Both the position numbers and the translations under genes were made by a program. DNA of 64,000 bases from Eutreptiella sp. 'Long Island Sound 2002'. Its lineage: Eukaryota > Protista > Euglenida. The stretch covers positions 39,494,001 through 39,558,000 of the forward strand of contig OZ038378.1 in assembly GCA_964036045.1 (NCBI GenBank), written 5' to 3'. The notes under the pieces are model-generated. The model had not been told where the DNA came from. It worked only from the letters and a program-made list of their open reading frames with translations, and did not search any database. This document shows positions 1 through 11,440 of this stretch, in pieces (position 1 is the first letter of the stretch; the number at the start of each line of letters is the position of its first letter).

Positions 1-2100
1 ATTACAGGACAATAGACACTCAGTCCCAACTCATATCCCAATCCCAGGTCCGACCCTCTCAGTGGCTGGTGGGGGCGGGGGCTCAAACACAACCCATGCC
101 CTGCTCAGTCCGGACCCTGAAACCCTGGCAATAGGGGAGGTGTCCCGCCCAGCCAAAGGCGAGTTCCTGGGAACCAAGGGGCTCCAAGGCCAACCGACAG
201 TGGCTCCCTATGCTCCCTAACGGCAGGTCCCAACTCCTCTCTGAGCCAGAGATATGGCCCCGCCATTATCCCTCAGGAGTTGGTAGCTGAAAATGGGCTG
301 TTTCAGCCCAAACAAAAATTGGCTCCAAAATCTCCAAAATTGACCCCTTGTCTGGACCTGCCAGAGGTAGAGACGAGGCAACTGACCCTATACCCTTCGA
401 GTACGAACTCCTTGGAGCCCTCACCCAACCTGGTTCCCTCTGAGGTCCCGGCATCAGGGCACCGGGGGTTCGTCAAGTGGGGTCATGATGCCAAAATCAC
501 CAAAATTGGCGTCATTCCCACGCGTGGCTCGCCCGGCCAGGGCAAGGCCAATGGCGCACAGGTTAGGAGGCACGACCTAGGACTTCCCTCTGAGTGCACA
601 ACTTGGGATTAGGTCCGGGCTCCCTGTGGGCATAGAGAAATGGGGCCGCCAATTGACCACACGGAAGGGGGAAATTGGGGTTCCAAAATGGGGTCTTTTT
701 GGCTGCTCGAAATGAGCCAAAATCCGGGGTGCTCCCAATAGTATATCTCCACGCCGGCTTGGAGATCGGATCCGCCATTCCATACGCAATCCACCTAGAG
801 TCGGACAAAGACTCCCATGCCCTTGGCTCTCAAAGATCTCAATGCCACTGGGCGTGGTGTTGATCCCAATTGGGTCCACGAATGCCAAAATGGCAAAATT
901 GCCCACACTCACTTTGGGCTAGCACCTTAACGAAGGTTGCTCCGCTTCGCCCACGTGGTGTGTGAACCATGGGGACCAATATGCATAACACCCACGTCAT
1001 ATATGGTCCATTGGTCCATGCGTCCGGCGTGCACGGGTGGGCTCAACATAGTGCACGGCGGGCAGCAAAAGTGGAAAATTGCTGAAAATGGCCAAAAATG
1101 CGCACACTCATGGTTAGGGCAAATGAGGCACATGCCTGACTTGGACCAGAGTGTGCCATAGGATTGGTATCAAGTCATATGTGTCCAACATATCTTTTGG
1201 GCGTCGCCCAACTCCTCCGGTTTTGGGAATGGCAGGGTCGCCAAGTGAGCCCATGATTTGGGATAGTCCCAAATCGCCAACATGGCGGCCACGGTATGCC
1301 AAGCCCAAGAGGAGTTATTCGCCGAGTCGAAGATATGTTGGGCACCGAAGTATGTACCCCCATGACATAATTAGGTCATGATGTCAATTGAGCGCAACGT
1401 TGAGATACACGGTCGCCACTTGACATCATGACGGGCCAGAAACGGCAAAATTGGCACAAAGACACACAAAAGTGCATTGAAAGGTGCACAATTATATTAT
1501 AATATCTTCGGCTTGGATCGTGCAATCAACTAATCCTTCTAAACACAATGACTTGACACCAATGACATTCGATCCCACATATGTGCTCCACTTGGGGCGC
1601 TTTGAAAGGTTACGAGCGCTGCTTCCCAAGTGGGCACATGAAAATATGGAAAATTGCAAAACACACACCTTGCTTCCAACGCATCGCTTCGGGATCGCCA
1701 CACAAGCTTCCCTTCACGAAGGTTAGGCTTGCAATTCATCGTAGGGAGTATGGAGAAGGTGCTTGCACAATATGAGGTCCATTGGCGGGTTTGGCTCGGA
1801 GCGATGGACCCGCCAAATGGGCACGCAACACAACACAAGGCACATACTCCATATTGCCCAAAAAGGTAGCCCCCCCCACGATATGTCATGCCCCTCCAAG
1901 GGCATAACTTTGTGTCAATGGCTCATAGGAACTCAAGAAGAGTTCCTATGCAACACCAACACTTGCGCGCTACACTCGAAAGTTATCTTAACGCACGCGA
2001 TATCATGGCCATAGAGTTACAACGCAAACTCTACCCTCTTGACCATGATCCATTACACTAGCGCGCACGTGTGGAGACGCAAGGCATATAATGCTTCCTA
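1..2100. repeat. Dispersed repeat family 'W', copy 1
   Basis: 1-700 aligns by eye with 53850-54400 (shared GGGGGCTCAAACACAA, GATATGGCCCCGCCATTATC and the CAAGTGGGGT..CCAAAAT..CAAAATTGGC block). Internal AAAATGGCCAAAA..CCCACACTCA modules recur. No credible ORF. Right boundary approximate. Confidence 0.6.
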
Positions 2101-2107
2101 AATTACG

Positions 2108-2653
2108 TCAGGAGTATTGTGAATACATCGCACGTTTCCCTATTGTCATTCCTCGCAAGCAACACCAGATATGACCTTCACAAGTGGCCTCACGAATCAA
2201 CTTTGTTTTGCCCATATGTTTAAGACAAATGGAGGGCAAGATAAAAGGAAAGTTGATTCGTGCATAGGGGAGCAAGTAGGTCCACTCGAAGGAGGTCAAA
2301 TCAAGTGCGGGGATGTCGAAGTCGAAAATCCGATTTCGACATCCTGAAAAATTCGGATTAAGGTTGCGAGTGTAGAATGTGAAAATTGCGGATGCATCAA
2401 TGCAGTTCCTGAAGACTTTAGAGCCTTCGTCACGGATAGCGTTAAAATTTCCATTAAAAACAGTTAAACTGCCGGTTACGGTAAAGTCGCGAGCTAACCG
2501 CCAGCTGCCAAAACAGTGAATATCAGAACGGAAGCGTAAAAATTGACGGAAACAATATGAAAATAAGACCCTGTTGATTCCTGATGTTCTGATATATAAA
2601 TCTGAGCTGGCGGTGCATCGGTTGCCGATGCGGGGCTTTACGGCACGGAACAC
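2108..2653 (-). CDS. Hypothetical 181-aa ORF in an AT-richer island; no recognisable domain
   Basis: From the ORF track. It is the longest non-repetitive ORF locally, but no motif is recognised and it may be spurious. Confidence 0.2.
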   Translation of the reverse strand: MFRAVKPRIGNRCTASSDLYIRTSGINRVLFSYCFRQFLRFRSDIHCFGSWRLARDFTVTGSLTVFNGNFNAIRDEGSKVFRNCIDASAIFTFYTRNLNPNFSGCRNRIFDFDIPALDLTSFEWTYLLPYARINFPFILPSICLKHMGKTKLIREATCEGHIWCCLRGMTIGKRAMYSQYS

Positions 2654-2824
2654 GCTCCCGCCGGGCTCGCACCGGGCGTTAACAGGCGCCTTCCGTACAT
2701 GGGGTTAGTGGACCGGAGACCGGTCTTCCCCTCCGTACATGCACAGACCACGTATAAAGATAGAAAAGTGCACGGCAGTGCACCAAGTACTAGACCCTGT
2801 GCATGCATATGGCGCATTAAACAA

Positions 2825-2850
2825 TTTGAGGTTTGAGGTTTGAGGTTTGA
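2825..2850 (+). repeat. (TTTGAGG)x3.7 heptamer microsatellite
   Basis: tttgagg tttgagg tttgagg tttga read directly. Confidence 0.9.
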
Positions 2851-3590
2851 TCATTCGGGTACTAGGCGCTCTTCGGCCCCGGGGAGCCACCTGATCGGGC
2901 GAGGTGATATCCTCCCCACCGGGACCTATTGGGGGGCCCTTCATGACACACCTCCTGCCTGGTGGCGGAGTCCCCCGGGTTCACGGGGCTCGGAGCCCAG
3001 TCCCTCCACGGCTTCCCCATTTCGCCAACCCCTGGTCAGTCTGTTACTTAGCAACAGTGGTTGCAGGCACTTACCCACTGCACCACCCCCCTGATGCGCG
3101 GTCGCCCGGGCTGCTGGCGCCGCCGGGCACGTGGTCCTGGCTTGTCGCCAGTGGGACCCCCATGGGCTGGCGCGGGGGCTGCCTAACCGCAGGGCTGGCG
3201 CGTAGCATTGTGTGCTAACTACTGCCTTGGCGGGTGTAGTGCCCTGGTCGTGGGTGCGCGGCGGTCGCGGCAGGTCTTTGGGGTCGGGACCGGTGCCATT
3301 TCTCACTTCTCCCCTCGGGCTCCTCCCTTCTCACGCGTCCCTCGCGGTGCGTGTTGCGGCTTGTCCCGTCCACGTGTCCCTTTCCTTCGCCTGCCGGTAC
3401 GCCATACCATGCCGTCTGTGCGTTCCGCAGGCTCGGTCCGGTTGCTCTTCAGGTTCCCGCCGCGTGTCCGTTGCGTGTGTGTGCGCTTTCTATCCGGCGG
3501 CGTACGCGCCCCCCACTCCCCCCACGGCTTAGAGTGGCGTGCCCCTCCGCGCTTCCTGCTCCGGACCCGTGCTCCGCCTATCTAACTCGG
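2851..3590 (-). mobile_element. Putative non-autonomous retroposon-like segment (minus strand: AC-rich 5' part, GC-rich body, (TCAAACC)n tail)
   Basis: Same layout as the TSD-flanked insert at 9472-10130. No TSD found here. Confidence 0.3.
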
Positions 3591-3639
3591 GGGGGGGGGG
3601 GGGGGCTGGCTCGGTCCCTTCGTCCCCTTGCCTGGCTTG

Positions 3640-5410
3640 TGGTCGCTCGCCACCCTGCGGGCAGGCCTGCTCTTGCGAGCTGGCTTTAAGCGCTGTGGGT
3701 GCGGCGCGAGGGTGCCCGGGGGGGCGGGGGCGCCTCTTCTCTGGGTATGGGGCATCAGGGAGTTGGGCGCTCTCTCATGCCCGACAGCCCATTTCTGGGG
3801 CGTGCGGCCGGGGCCCGCTACCCACTGGCTGTGGGTGCGGGGGATGTGGGTGTCGGGACCCGTCACCAACCTCACAGCCCGCGCTCTTCCGAGCTGGCTT
3901 TGCGCGCTGTGGGGGCGGTGCAACGTCGCCCGGGAAGGGGGGCTGCCACTTGCCTGGTTGTGGGGCATCCGGGGTTCAGCGCTCTCCCACGTCCGACCTC
4001 ACGTCCTTGGGGCGTGCAGCCGGGGCCCGCTACCAACTGACTACGGGTGCGGGGGCTGTGGGTGTGGGGACCCGTCACGAACCCCACAGCGCGTGCTCTT
4101 GCAAGCGCTCTCAGGAGCTCGCTTTGCCCGCTATGGAGGCGGCATGTGGGTGCCCGTTGGGGAGGTGCCTCTTGCCTGGGTGTGGGGCGCCCCCGGTTTG
4201 GCGCTCTCTCACGCCCGACCGCCAGTCCTTCGGGCCTGCGGCCGGGGCCCGCTCCACCCACAGGCTGTTGGTGCCGGGGTTGTGGGCGTGGGGACCGGTC
4301 ACCAACGCCTAAGCGCGTGCTCTTGCGAGCTGGCTTTGCGCAATGTGGGGGCGGCACGAGGGCGCCTGGGGGGGGCGCCTCTTGCCTGGTTGTGGGGCGT
4401 CCGGTGTTGGGCGCTCTCCCACGCCCGACCACCCGTCTATGGGGCGTGCAGCTGGGGCCGGCTACGCACTGGCTGTCGGTACGGGGGGTGTCGGCGTAGG
4501 GACCTGTCACCAACCCCACAGCGCGCGCTCTGGAGAGCTGGCTTGGCGCGCTGTGGAGACGGCACGAGGGCGCCCGGGGGGGGCACCTCTTGTCTGGGTG
4601 TGGGACATCTGGGGTTGGGCGCTCTCGCGCGCCCGACCGCCCGTCCTTGGGGCATGCGGCTGGGGCCCGCTCCCCACTGGCTGGCCTCGGGGGGTGTGGG
4701 CGTGGGGACCCGTCACCAACCCCCCAGCGCGCCATCTTGCCGCCTAGCTTTTTGCGCTGTGGGGGGGGCACGAGGGCGATCAGGGGGGGGGAGGGCGCCC
4801 CTTGCCTTGGTGTGGGGCTTCCAGGGTTGGGCGCTCCTCCAGGCCCGACACCCTATCCTTGGGGCGTGCGGCCAGGGCCCGCCCCCCACTGGCTGTGGGT
4901 GCGGGTGATGTGGGCATGAAGACCCGTCACCAAACCCACAGCGCGCGCTCATGCGAGCTGGCTTTGCGCGCTGTGGGGGCGGAAGGAGGGCGCCTGGGAG
5001 GGGTGCCTCCTGTCTGGGTGTGGGATGTTCGGGGTTGGGCGCTCTTTCACGCCCGACCGTCCATCCTTGGGGCGTGCGGCCGGGGCCCGCTACCCACTGG
5101 CTGTGGGCGCGGGGGCTGTGGGGCCTGGGGACCAATCACCGACCCCACAGCGCGCGCTCTTCTGAGCTGCCTTTGCCCGCTGTGGGGGCGGGGGCTGTGG
5201 GGCCTGGGGACCAATCACCGACCCCACAGCGCGCGCTCTTCTGAGCTGCTTTTGCCAGCTGTAGGGGCGGCACAAAGGCGCCCAGGGGGGGGGCGCCTCT
5301 AGCCTTGGTCCGGGGTGTCTGGGGTTCGGCGCTCTCCCTCGCCCGACCGCCCGTCCTTGGGGCGTGCGGCCAGGGCCCACTCCCCTCAGGCTGTGTGCTG
5401 CGGTGTGTGG
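3640..5410 (+). repeat. GC-rich ~210-bp tandem satellite, array 1 (about 8-9 units)
   Basis: Anchor CTACCCACTGGCTG or variants recur at about 3818, 4030, 4254, 4462, 4669, 4882 and 5090. The long ORFs here are artefacts of GC-rich repeats. Confidence 0.95.
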
Positions 5411-7620
5411 GCGTGGGGGCCCCGTTTTTCTTCGCACCTTCTCCCCTGCCGCGGTTCTTCGTGTGTTATGTGCTCTTCAAGGGTTTGCAGCACCCGGTGG
5501 GCGTTGTTTCTGGGGACCCGTCCTTGTGCCTTGTTCGCGTCCGGGTTGCCGTGCCTCTGTGGCGTGCCTGGTGGCCCCGCGTTGTTGCGCCGCGCCACGT
5601 CCAGTCCGGACGCTCTCGGTGCTCCGGTCGGCTTTCCTGTCGCCGTGGTCCTTCCCCCCATCCCGGGGGCTGTCGCCCTTGGATTTACTGGGCGGCTGCG
5701 CGGGGCACGTGGAGGCCGGCCGAGAATCGGGCTCATTGTGCCTGCCGCTGGCCCCTGCCCAGGCAGGGGCGCTGGGCTCGCTCCGCGTCGTACCTGCTCG
5801 GGGCCCTGCGATGGGGTTGTCCCTGTCGGGTCCCTCCGGAATCGGTCTTGGGCTCCGTGTGCTGCGGTGGTTTGGCGTGTGTGGACCCGGTCACTGACGC
5901 GTCCGGTTTCCTGTACCGTCTGTCTTTCGACGGGGGACTCGGCTGGTGCACCGGGGCTGTTTCAGGTGGGCGCCGACACCTCCCCTTCTTGTTTGGAGGA
6001 CGCCTTGCCGATGCTCCGCGCGTGTGTGCCTGTGCGTGCTCTTCTTGGCCGGGTCGGGCGGGCTGGCCTCCCTGGCGCGTTTTGGTGCGCCTCACCTTTG
6101 CTTTGGCCGTTTTGTTCTTCTTCCTTGTTCGGCCCCCTCCGGGCTGGAGTTGACCGCCCTTTGGTTTCTTTTTTTTCGCTTCTCCCCTCCCCCCCCTCCC
6201 GCCCCCGCTGTCTCCAGCTATTGCTGGTTCCCGGCCCTGGACGCCCTTGGCCTTGGCGCTCTTCGTTTGGCCCTGCCCCCCCCCCTTTGTTTTTCTCCTG
6301 TTTGTCCTGCGTTTCCTGCCCTCTTTTGCTCTGCAGCCCCGTTCTCGCTGGGTGTGGCTTTTTCCTTTTTTTTCCTTTGCCCCCCCCTTTTTTTTTCCTG
6401 TCTGTCCCGCGTTTCCTGCCCTGTTTTGCTCTTCGCCCCTGTTCTCGCTGGCTGTGGCTTTTTCCTTTTTTTTCTTTTTTCCCGCCCCCCCTCCCCCCCC
6501 ACCCTGTCCGTTCGTGTGTGTTGTGCCTTGTGTTGCCTGCTCTTGCGGTTTTCTGTGCTGCGTGTCGTCCTGTGGTCGCCTGCAGTGTGTCGTTGTGGGC
6601 TGCTGCGCGTTGTGGGGTGTCGCCTCGGGCGGCTTTCTGTGGGTTGTGATGTGCTGTGCCGTGCCGTCGGTTGCCGCTTTGTGTTGCGCCGCAGGTTTGG
6701 TCCCTTTGTGCCGTTGTGTTGTCCGCGTTGTTGCTTTCTGCCTCGCCTTGGTCTGTGTTGCCGTGTGCTGTGCTGTTGTCTCTCTCTGCTGGGTGCCGCT
6801 GCTTGCTGTGTCGTACCCTCATGCTCGGTCTGGCGCCCCGGGGTCTTGTGCCCTCCGGCGCTGTGTTTTCCTGTGCTTGTCTGCGCTTTGTGCTCCGCGC
6901 GGTGTGGTTTGCCGTGGTGTGTTGGCGCGTGCTGTTGCTGGCCGCTGTGTTTTGTGCTCTGTGTGTCCTGGGGTGTCGTGTTGTGCCTGCCTTGCCCTCC
7001 CCCAGCTGTGCGGTGCTGTGCCGCGCTGTGGTGATCTGGCGCGCTTGCGTTGTGCTGTTTAAATGGTCTCTGCTGTTTCTGGCGCCCGGTGCCCTGGTGC
7101 GTTCCTGTGTGCCTTCCTGTTTTTTCTGGTGTTCTGTGGTGTGGTATTGCGCTGCGCTGCTGGGTGCGTGGTGCGCTGTGCTGCTGCGAGCTCGCCGTGT
7201 TCTCCTGCGTCCTGTTCTGTTGTGCTGCCGCGCCTCTTGTGCGCTGCTGTGTTGGGCTGTGCTGGCGCCCCTGTGTTGTGCTCCTGTCTTGTGCGCTGTT
7301 GCGTCTGCTGTGCTGGGCGGTGCTCTGTGAAGCACCCTGTGGTTTCCGTTGGCTTTCCGCCAGACCTCGTTGCCCGTTGTAGTGTCCTGGCGGCGCGTTG
7401 CGGCATTGGTGTCCCTGGCTTGTCCGGATGGTGTCCTGTTGTTGGTGGTGGTTTGTGGTGGTGCCCTTCTCCCCTGCGCTCTGTCCTTGGGTGCTGCGCC
7501 TCCGTGTGATTTTGCCCTGTTGTCTCTTTCTCTGTGCTGTTTGTGTTTGTTTGCTCTGGCCTGCTTTAGAAACCAATGCAAATCCCAGTTTTGCTGCAAA
7601 ATGTTTGTTGGTTTTTCCTT
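5411..7620 (-). other. GC-rich segment followed by a 1.4-kb strand-asymmetric low-complexity tract (+ strand almost A-free, 6100-7560)
   Basis: The + strand is T/G/C-rich with only scattered A. The 545-aa and 452-aa minus-strand ORFs arise because that strand lacks T and therefore stop codons. Confidence 0.8.
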
Positions 7621-8199
7621 GCCCTTTGTCCCTGTTTAGAAAAAAATAAAGTCAAATTATACAGAACTCAACCCAGGCGCACGCAGCAAGACCATGTACG
7701 TGCCTCAACTTACATGTTGCCGGCCGTTGGCGATGGTCTGCAGTTAATGCTGCCGGTGGTGTCGGATTGTCGTCGCTGGTCTTGTTTGCAAGGGGTCTAC
7801 CGCTTTTCCCCAGGGCCAGCCGCCTAAGCAGAAGGAACGGGGTCAGGAGGGCATGAGAAAGGGGAGGTAGCTGCATGGAGAAGAAAAGAAAATGACAGGA
7901 GGCAGGGCGAAGGGGCGTTGCGGCTTGGAAAAAGGTTTCGAGTTTTACGGGCTGCTCGCGCGGGTTGTTCTCAACGTATAGGGCTCTACAAGCCACCAGG
8001 GGCACGGCCCTGTGTTCCTCTACTCGTTACGGTGCCTAGGGCGGACTTCTTTAACATATTTGGGCTGAAATACGTTTGCGCGCGTTTCGTCGCGCGCTTT
8101 TCGCCCTATGCGTTTTGTACGCTATATAGCTTCATTTTCAGCTATTTAGAAAGTCCTTTCACCGTGTTTTACTTATCCTCTTATTATATTCTCACTTGT

Positions 8200-8830
8200 G
8201 GCGCCAGCGCGCGCGACACCGTGTATGTCCCCATATTGCGCATTAGAGGGTAGGCCACGCGTGGCGCACTCGGTATAACCGTTGCTTAGGTTACCCTTGG
8301 GCTCTGCCCTACGTTCTTGAAGAGAAGAGGCGGAGTTCCATAAGCTTGCTTGTTTCATACAAAGGTTTGGCAATAGTCAATTAGTCTCAAGTTTGAGACG
8401 CGTATAGTACTGCGAGGCCTGTTAGGTTGCGGAGCCAAACGTTCTTGCATGTCTCTCTCTCTCAGGTGAGAAAGATTGAATGGGAATCGGTGTCACTGCA
8501 AAGCCCTGCTAAACAGGGGCGCTCATTACGCAATCACAAATTGAAAAAAGAACGTCTTCCTCATGGTCAACATGTACTTACGCTGTGCATGCCAACAGCG
8601 CACTCCTTCCCCCCAAGTGCTAGCAGGGAAGCGTGTAGTGGTACCCCTGCTAGGCCACAGCTGCTTAGTAGCGCTGTGTTCTCTTGCAATTTCACTAGTG
8701 GGCCACTAGGGCCTAAGTCATCTTCAGGAACGCCACCCAGTAGCGTGTGAGAGTAAGTGTGGCACGGCTGGGTGAGGTCCAGTGCGCGGCCGTGCTCGCT
8801 CATCCTTCAGGGGCTGGTGCCATAGGAGAG
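8200..8830 (+). repeat. Dispersed repeat 'X2', direct copy of 19080-19690
   Basis: Shared blocks include GGGTAGGCCAC, CTCTGCCCTACGTTCTT, GGCGGAGTTCCA, AAAGCCCTGCTAA, TTCTCTTGCAAT and GGGCCACTAGGGCCT. Confidence 0.85.
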
Positions 8831-8849
8831 TTAGTAGGACCTGTAGGTG

Positions 8850-11440
8850 TGGCGGTTGTTGGTGTGGGGACCCGTCACCAGCCCCACTGCGTGCGCTCTT
8901 GCGAGCCGGCCTTTCGCGCTGTGGGGACGGCACGAGGGCGCCCGGGGGGGGGCGTCTCTTGCCGTGGTGTTGGGCGTCCGGGGTTGAGCGCTCTCCCATG
9001 CCGGACGACCCGTCCTTAGAGCATGCGGCTGGGCCCAGCTACCCACTGGCTGAGGGTGCGGGGGGTGTGGGCCTGGGGACCCGTCATCAACCCCACTGTG
9101 TGCCCTCCTGCGAGCTGGCTTTGCGCGCTTCGGGGGCGGCACTAGGGCTCCTGGGGGGTTGCGCCTGTTGCGTGGGGGTGGGGCGTCCGGGGTCAGGCGC
9201 TCTCCCACGCCCGAACTCCCGCCAATGGGGCGTGCGGCCGGGCCCCGCTACCCACTGGCCGTGGGTGCGGGGCATGTGGGCGTGGGGACCAGTCACCATC
9301 CCCACAGCGCGCGCTGTTGTGAGCTGGCTTTGCGCGCTGTGGGGACGGCACGAGGGCGCCCCGGGGGGGGGCGCCTCTTCCCTGGGTGTGTGGTGTCTGA
9401 GGTTGGGCGCTCTCCCTCGCCCGACTGCCCGTCCTCCGGGCGTACGGCAGGGATACACTACCCACTGGCTGGTGCAGGCCGAAACCGAACCCCAACCACG
9501 AACACCACAAACAGCCGACAATAGAGGGACAACACCACAAACCGTGCCCAAACACACCCACCCAAGACCCAAGCCAGGACTGGCGGGGTTAACAAAACCC
9601 ACACCCAACCGCAAACCGGACCCAAACACAAACGCCGCACAACAGTAGGAAACCCAGTGCCCACAGCCCGGGCACTGAGGCAGCCCGTGCCATGCAGGTG
9701 ACCCGGCCAGACGAGATCCGGAGACCGGGGGTAAGGCTGCATCCTAAGGCCTTCGCTGCTTTGGGACTCGAGGCGGAGCGTGCGACACCTAAGCGCCTCA
9801 GAACCCTAGTACCAAGAACGTGCATGCATGCCTTGGGAACGGGATACGCCAGGAAGTCCGGTGAACCTCTAGGGTTCCGACCAAAGGAGGGGGCGTGCGC
9901 AAGCACTGGGGCACACCCTCCCAACGAGACAAGCACGTCACGCTGGCGGCGATCAGCCCTCCCGGTGTTGCCCGGGGCCGCATTGTTGGGGGCCAACAGT
10001 CAGGTCTAGCGAGATGTAAACCGCCTCCCCTCTTCACGCTCGGAGCCTCTTCCTGTTTGTCACAGGGGCAACGCCAGGGGGAACCATGGGGCGCCTCTCC
10101 ACGACCGAGTGCACCTACCTACCTACCTACCTGGCTGTGGGTGCGGGGGGCGTGGGCGTGAGGACTTGTCCCCGACCCCACCGCGCGCGCTCTTGCAAGC
10201 CGGCATTGCGCGCGGTGGGGGCGGCACGGCGGCGCCCAGGGGGGGGCGTCTCATGCCCTGGTGTGGGGCGTCCCGGGTCGGACGCTCTCCCCCGCCTGAC
10301 AGCCCGTCTTTAGGGCATGCTGCTGGGGCCCCCTACCCACTGGCTGTGAGTGCGGGGGGTGCGGGCCTGGGGTCCCGTCACCAATCCCACTGGGCGCGCT
10401 CTTGCGAGCTGGCTTTGCGCGCTGTGGGCGCGGCACGAGGGTGCTCGGGGGGGGGGCGCCTCTTGCCTGGGGATGGGGCTTCCGGGCTCGGGCGCTCTCC
10501 CCCGCCCAACGGCCCGTCCTTAGGGCATGCGGCTGGGGCCCGCTACCCACTGGCTCTGGGTGCGGGGGGTGTGGGCGTGGGGTCCCGTCACCAACTCCAC
10601 TGTGCGCGCTCTTGCGAGCTGGCTTTGCTCGCTGTGGAGTGGCACGAGGGTGCCCGGGGGGTGGGGCGTCGCTTGCCTGGTTGTGGGGCTCCTGGGGCTG
10701 GGCGCTCTCCCACGCCCGACCAGCCGTCCCTGGGGCGTGCGGCCGGGTCCCGCTACCCACTGGCTGTTGGTGCGGGCGGAGTTGGCGTTGGGACCCATCA
10801 CCGACCCGACAGCGCACGCTGTTGTGAGCTGGCTTTGCGCGCTGGGGGGACGGCACGAGGGCGCCCGGGGGGGGGGGCGTCTCTTGCCGTGGTGTGGGGC
10901 GTCCGGGGTTGAGCGCTCTCCCACGCCCGACCGCCCGTCCTTAGGGCATGCGGTTGGGCCCCGCTACCAACTGGCTGTGGGTGCGGGGTGTGTGGGCGTG
11001 GGGACCTGTCACCAACCTCACACTGCACGCTCTTGCGAGCTGGCTTTGCGCGCTTCGGGGGAGGCACTAGGGCTCGTGGGGGGCTGCGCCTCTTGCCTGG
11101 GGGTGGGGCGTCCGGGGTCGGGCGCTCTCCCACGCCCGACCGCCCGTCCTTAGGGCATGCGACTGGGCCCCGCTACCCACTTGCTGTGGGTGCGGGGGGT
11201 GTGGGCCTGGGGACCCGTCACCAACCCCACTGTGAGCGCCCTTGCGAGCTGGCTTTGGGCGCTTCAGGGGCGGCACTAGGGCTCCAGGGGGGGTGCGCCT
11301 CCTGCCTGGGGGTGGGGCGTCCGGGGTCGGGCGCTCTCCCACGCCAACCGCCCGCCAACGGGGCGTGCGGCTGGGGCCCGCTACCCACTGGCTGTTGGTG
11401 CGGGGGGTGTGGGCGTGGGGACCCGTCACCATCCCTAGCG
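8850..11440 (+). repeat. GC-rich ~210-bp tandem satellite, array 2 (about 9 units, interrupted at 9472-10130)
   Basis: Anchor CTACC at 10333, 10543, 10753, 10964, 11173 and 11381, giving a period of 208-211 bp. Confidence 0.95.
9472..10130 (+). mobile_element. 659-bp non-coding retroposon-like insertion with a 7-bp TSD (CTGGCTG) and a (CTAC)4 tail
   Basis: CTGGCTG at 9465-9471 and 10131-10137, (CTAC)4 at 10115-10130. The satellite unit resumes in register after the insert. Confidence 0.75.

Noticed and set aside
3539-5897. Long ORFs (257-426 aa) across the 210-bp satellite
   Set aside because: They overlap in several frames and strands with G/A/R/P/C-rich repetitive translations, as expected from GC-rich tandem DNA lacking stops.
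6100-7560. Pan-edited kinetoplastid-style cryptogene (T-poor strand)
   Set aside because: The T-poor strand is C-rich, whereas cryptogenes are G/A-rich and C-poor, and the context is nuclear TE DNA.
5962-7599. 545-aa and 452-aa minus-strand ORFs and Cys/Val/Leu-rich plus-strand ORFs
   Set aside because: They result from A depletion of one strand and have no domain features.
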